Assembly: GCA_028534125.1 (NCBI GenBank)
Contig: CM052832.1
Coordinates: forward strand, 23,500,001-23,563,822
DNA length: 63,822 bases
From: Lama glama
Lineage: Eukaryota
Direction: 5' to 3'
Shown: positions 60,721 through 63,822 of the stretch, in pieces
Position numbering within the stretch: position 1 is the first letter of the stretch
How the letters are laid out: every line of letters begins with the position of its first letter
Position numbers and translations under genes: made by a program
Notes under the pieces: model-generated
Told to the model about the DNA's origin: nothing
What the model saw: the letters and a program-made list of their open reading frames with translations, nothing else
The model's database searches: none

Positions 60721-62735
60721 AAATTAATTCTTTGAAGAGACACTGCTCCATGTGCCCTTAGAAATGTGAGCTGTGCTGCAGCACAGTCTTTCCCTACAGC
60801 AGATTGTGGAGCCCCTGGGATCAGGAACCATGCCTCATTGCTTGTAGATGTGGGACAGATGCTGTCAGCTTGCTCTGAGTCTTTAAGATGCTTTGACTTC
60901 TTCACAGTCAAGCAATATTGACATTGTCTGATATGCATATATAGGCGTCTGTAAAGGACATGATTGATTACCTTGCAAAAAGACAGCAGTTACTTGACAG
61001 CTTTTTCAAAGTATAGTTGGCATCTGTCAATAGAACTCATCAGTAATGAGGATGATCACTCTTGCGCTCCTTCTTCGGTGCCCAGGAGCAGATATGCTCA
61101 AATCCAGGCTGGAGTTAGTGCTGGCCGGGCTGCTTTTGCAAATTGCAGTGGTGGAGACAGTTCCGGTCATCACACAGGCTTTCCTTTCAATTTCTGTCCA
61201 GCTTCTCCAAGATGAATGAGGCTTAACTCTTCCTTTTTATGATGTTTCACATCTCTGATGTTAAGAGAGAGAGACAAAGCAGTGGAAAATGTTGAAACTT
61301 GGCATTGGAAGGAAAATTTCACCATGACATGAAATACAGTACTTCAGTTTTTTGGTCTGATTCAATTCTCATAACACAGTGTGGTCACACGTGAACAAAT
61401 TTGGTACATGTCTTTCATATTAATTGTACTCTTTCAAATTGACAAAGTTAAAAAGTAATCACCAACAGGACATTGGCCAGCCAGTGTTTATAAAACTGGA
61501 GAAATAGAGGTTTGTGGAGAGACCTCAGGCTCAGTTTGCAAAGTCGATAGTGGCCAGAACAGGCTGTTAATAGCAGCTGGGTCTGCAGATGTGAACAGTG
61601 GATTAATTGTACCAAGAGGGGAGGCTGACAGTATATAGAATGAGTGCAGAGAGACACACTCCTCCATGCAAAGCAAAGCAAGCCCACACAGTGGATGTTT
61701 TTCCCCAAAGAGAAGCCCTTATGATTCTGGATTTGGGGGCTAGGAAGTACACAGTACGTTTTGCACTGATCCCTTTGCCACAGAACTCAGTGAACTGCAG
61801 CAGAACTTCTCATGGCCATATGAACCTTCTTTTTTGCCTTTTCACTTTTCTCTCTTTATTTGATCCAGCAAATACCGGGTACCTATCTACTGTGTCTATG
61901 CCTGAAAGGATTAAAGAAATGAATTAGCACAGGTCCTCACTCAGGAGACATCCCAGCTTGATGAGCATGTAAAACACTTAGGTTGGTGCCTGGCACATCG
62001 TAAATGCTCTGTGAGGGACAGCTGCACTGTTAACTGTGGGGAGGAGCCCATCAATGGATCCTGTTAATACCGCCAACAGTGGCTGCCGTATACTGAGTTA
62101 CCACTGTGCACCGAGCATTGTAGGGGTAGGTAGACTTTTTGCTTAAACTCCCACAACCCTAATTTAATGTAAAATGTGCGGTTATTTAGGTAGAGTGTGT
62201 GTTCAAGAGGTTGAGCTATTGACAAAGGCATCACAGAGAGAGACGTCAAGGAAACACTGGAGGAGGTGACATTCAGGCAGGTCTGGGAAATGAATTATAG
62301 CTCACTGAGGTGCAGAGAGGCAGAGGGGTGCAGGAAGAAGAGATTCCCTTACACTTCTATGCTTTTTCTTCTTTTTGCCCCTGGACTTCCCACTGTGCTT
62401 AAAACACCCAGAGGTTTTCTTGGTCATTGGTGGCAACTCTCAGAGCTGAAGAGATGGCTGACTCTTGACATAGTATATAGGCAGATAGGGGAGCTTGTTT
62501 CTGTTTTGGGGGAAAAGGGGGGATTCAATAAACAGATAAATAATGTCCATAGGGTGACACCAGTCTTGTCACTTCCACAATTGAGTGTCACCTCCTCCAC
62601 TGCAGCACTGCTGAAGGAGGCCCACTGACCAGTGTGCACTGTTTTAAACAGCTATTGTGTGTGACAGCACAGATTTACAAGGCCATGTGATTGAAAAGTA
62701 ATTCACCATGAAGTTGCTTTAACAAGTGAATTCTC

Positions 62736-62821
62736 TATATATGTGTATATGCATGACTGGGGCCTTGTGCTGTATACCAGAAATTGACACATTGTAACTG
62801 ACTGTACTTCAATTAAAAAAA
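62736..62821 (+). mobile_element. 86-bp young L1 3' tip with TSD
   Basis: Reverse complement of the start of the 11262/17724 copies; TSD aagt(g/a)aattctc at 62724-62735 and 62822-62833. Confidence 0.88.
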
Positions 62822-63274
62822 AAGTAAATTCTCAGAGTATTTTTGTTTGGTGAAATTATGAGCAATAAGAACATTAGGAAAACCAAGGTCTTGCCCTCTC
62901 AGAATTCACAACGTGGAAGAACAAGGGGAATCTCTCTCATACACACGCTCACGCAGTCTGGTACGACAGGGATGAAATTCAGGGTAAGAAGTGGTGTCCT
63001 TCAGAAAGGTTTCATAAGGGAGTGACATCTGAGATGACACTGAATAGTTTAATAAGGAGAAATCTGAAAGAGAGTAGGCTTTGACTCACAGCAAAATATC
63101 TGATGTGTATGTTCGGAAATATTTCTTTGCATGAAATTAAATTTTCTGGAGAGAAGTATTGGGTTAATCACTTTCTGCCTGGAGGGTGATTGAAAGATAT
63201 TAAAAATGATTTTGGAAAAATGTGTTGTTTTTTTTTTGCAAATAATGACAGTTTTATTTTTTCTTTTCCAATTC

Positions 63275-63822
63275 TTTTTTTTTTACATTTTTTTTATTGA
63301 GTAAGAGTCATTTTACAATGTTGTGTCAAATTCCAGTGTAGAGCACAATTTTTCAGTTATACATGAACAACATGAACATATATATATTCATTGTCACATT
63401 TTTTTTTCACTATGAGCTACCACAAGATCTTGTATGTATTTCCCTGTGCTATACAGTATAATCTTATTTATCTATTCTGCATTTTTAAATCTCAGTCTGT
63501 CCCTTCCCACCCCCTGCCGCCTTGGCAACCACAAGTTTGTATTCTATGTCTATGAGTCTGTTTCTGTTTTGTATGTATGTATTTATGTATGTATGTATGT
63601 ATTTAGATTCCTCACATAAGCGGTCTCATATGGTATTTTTCTTTATTTTTCTGGCTTACTTCACTTAGAATGACATTTTCCAGGAACATCCATGTTGCTG
63701 CAAATGGTGTTATGTTGTCGGTTTTTGTGGCTGAATAGTATTCCATCGTATAAATATACCACATCTTCTTTACTCAGTCATCTGTTGATGGACATTTAGG
63801 CTGTTTCCATGTGTTGGCTATT
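63275..63822 (-). mobile_element. Young L1 3' end, runs off the window
   Basis: T tract, 'ttacaatgttgtgtcaaattcc', 'ctggcttacttcacttagaatgac', 'ctgttgatggacatttagg'. Confidence 0.9.

Noticed and set aside
1228..63619. Remaining 60-130 aa ORFs in the track
   Set aside because: Mostly non-ATG starts, inside repeats or low-complexity, and of lengths expected by chance; no recognisable domains

Overview
Mammalian non-coding genomic DNA, most likely from a camelid (two vic-1-like tRNA-derived SINEs plus young lineage-specific L1 3' ends). It is dominated by interspersed repeats: L1, L2, MIR, MaLR/ERV solo LTRs and hAT/Tigger DNA transposon relics. Most L1/LTR copies are minus-oriented, which suggests the window lies inside a large intron or 5'UTR region of a + strand host gene. 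I cannot name that gene and found no convincing coding exon for it. The most notable signal is a compact minus-strand multi-exon gene model at ~27585-30780: five phase-compatible exons, a motif-dense promoter, an ATG with A at -3, and an AATAAA plus U-rich 3' end. It encodes a protein I do not recognise and shows possible decay (in-frame TAA in exon 4, poor exon 2 donor). Other observations are a 3'UTR-derived retrocopy with target-site duplication at 6520-6766, an L1 with a GT..AG-bounded internal deletion, and candidate enhancers and non-coding exons. Repeat family names come from recall of consensus sequences, not from a search, and repeat boundaries are approximate. There are no prokaryotic-type systems, CRISPR arrays, rRNA or true tRNA genes.
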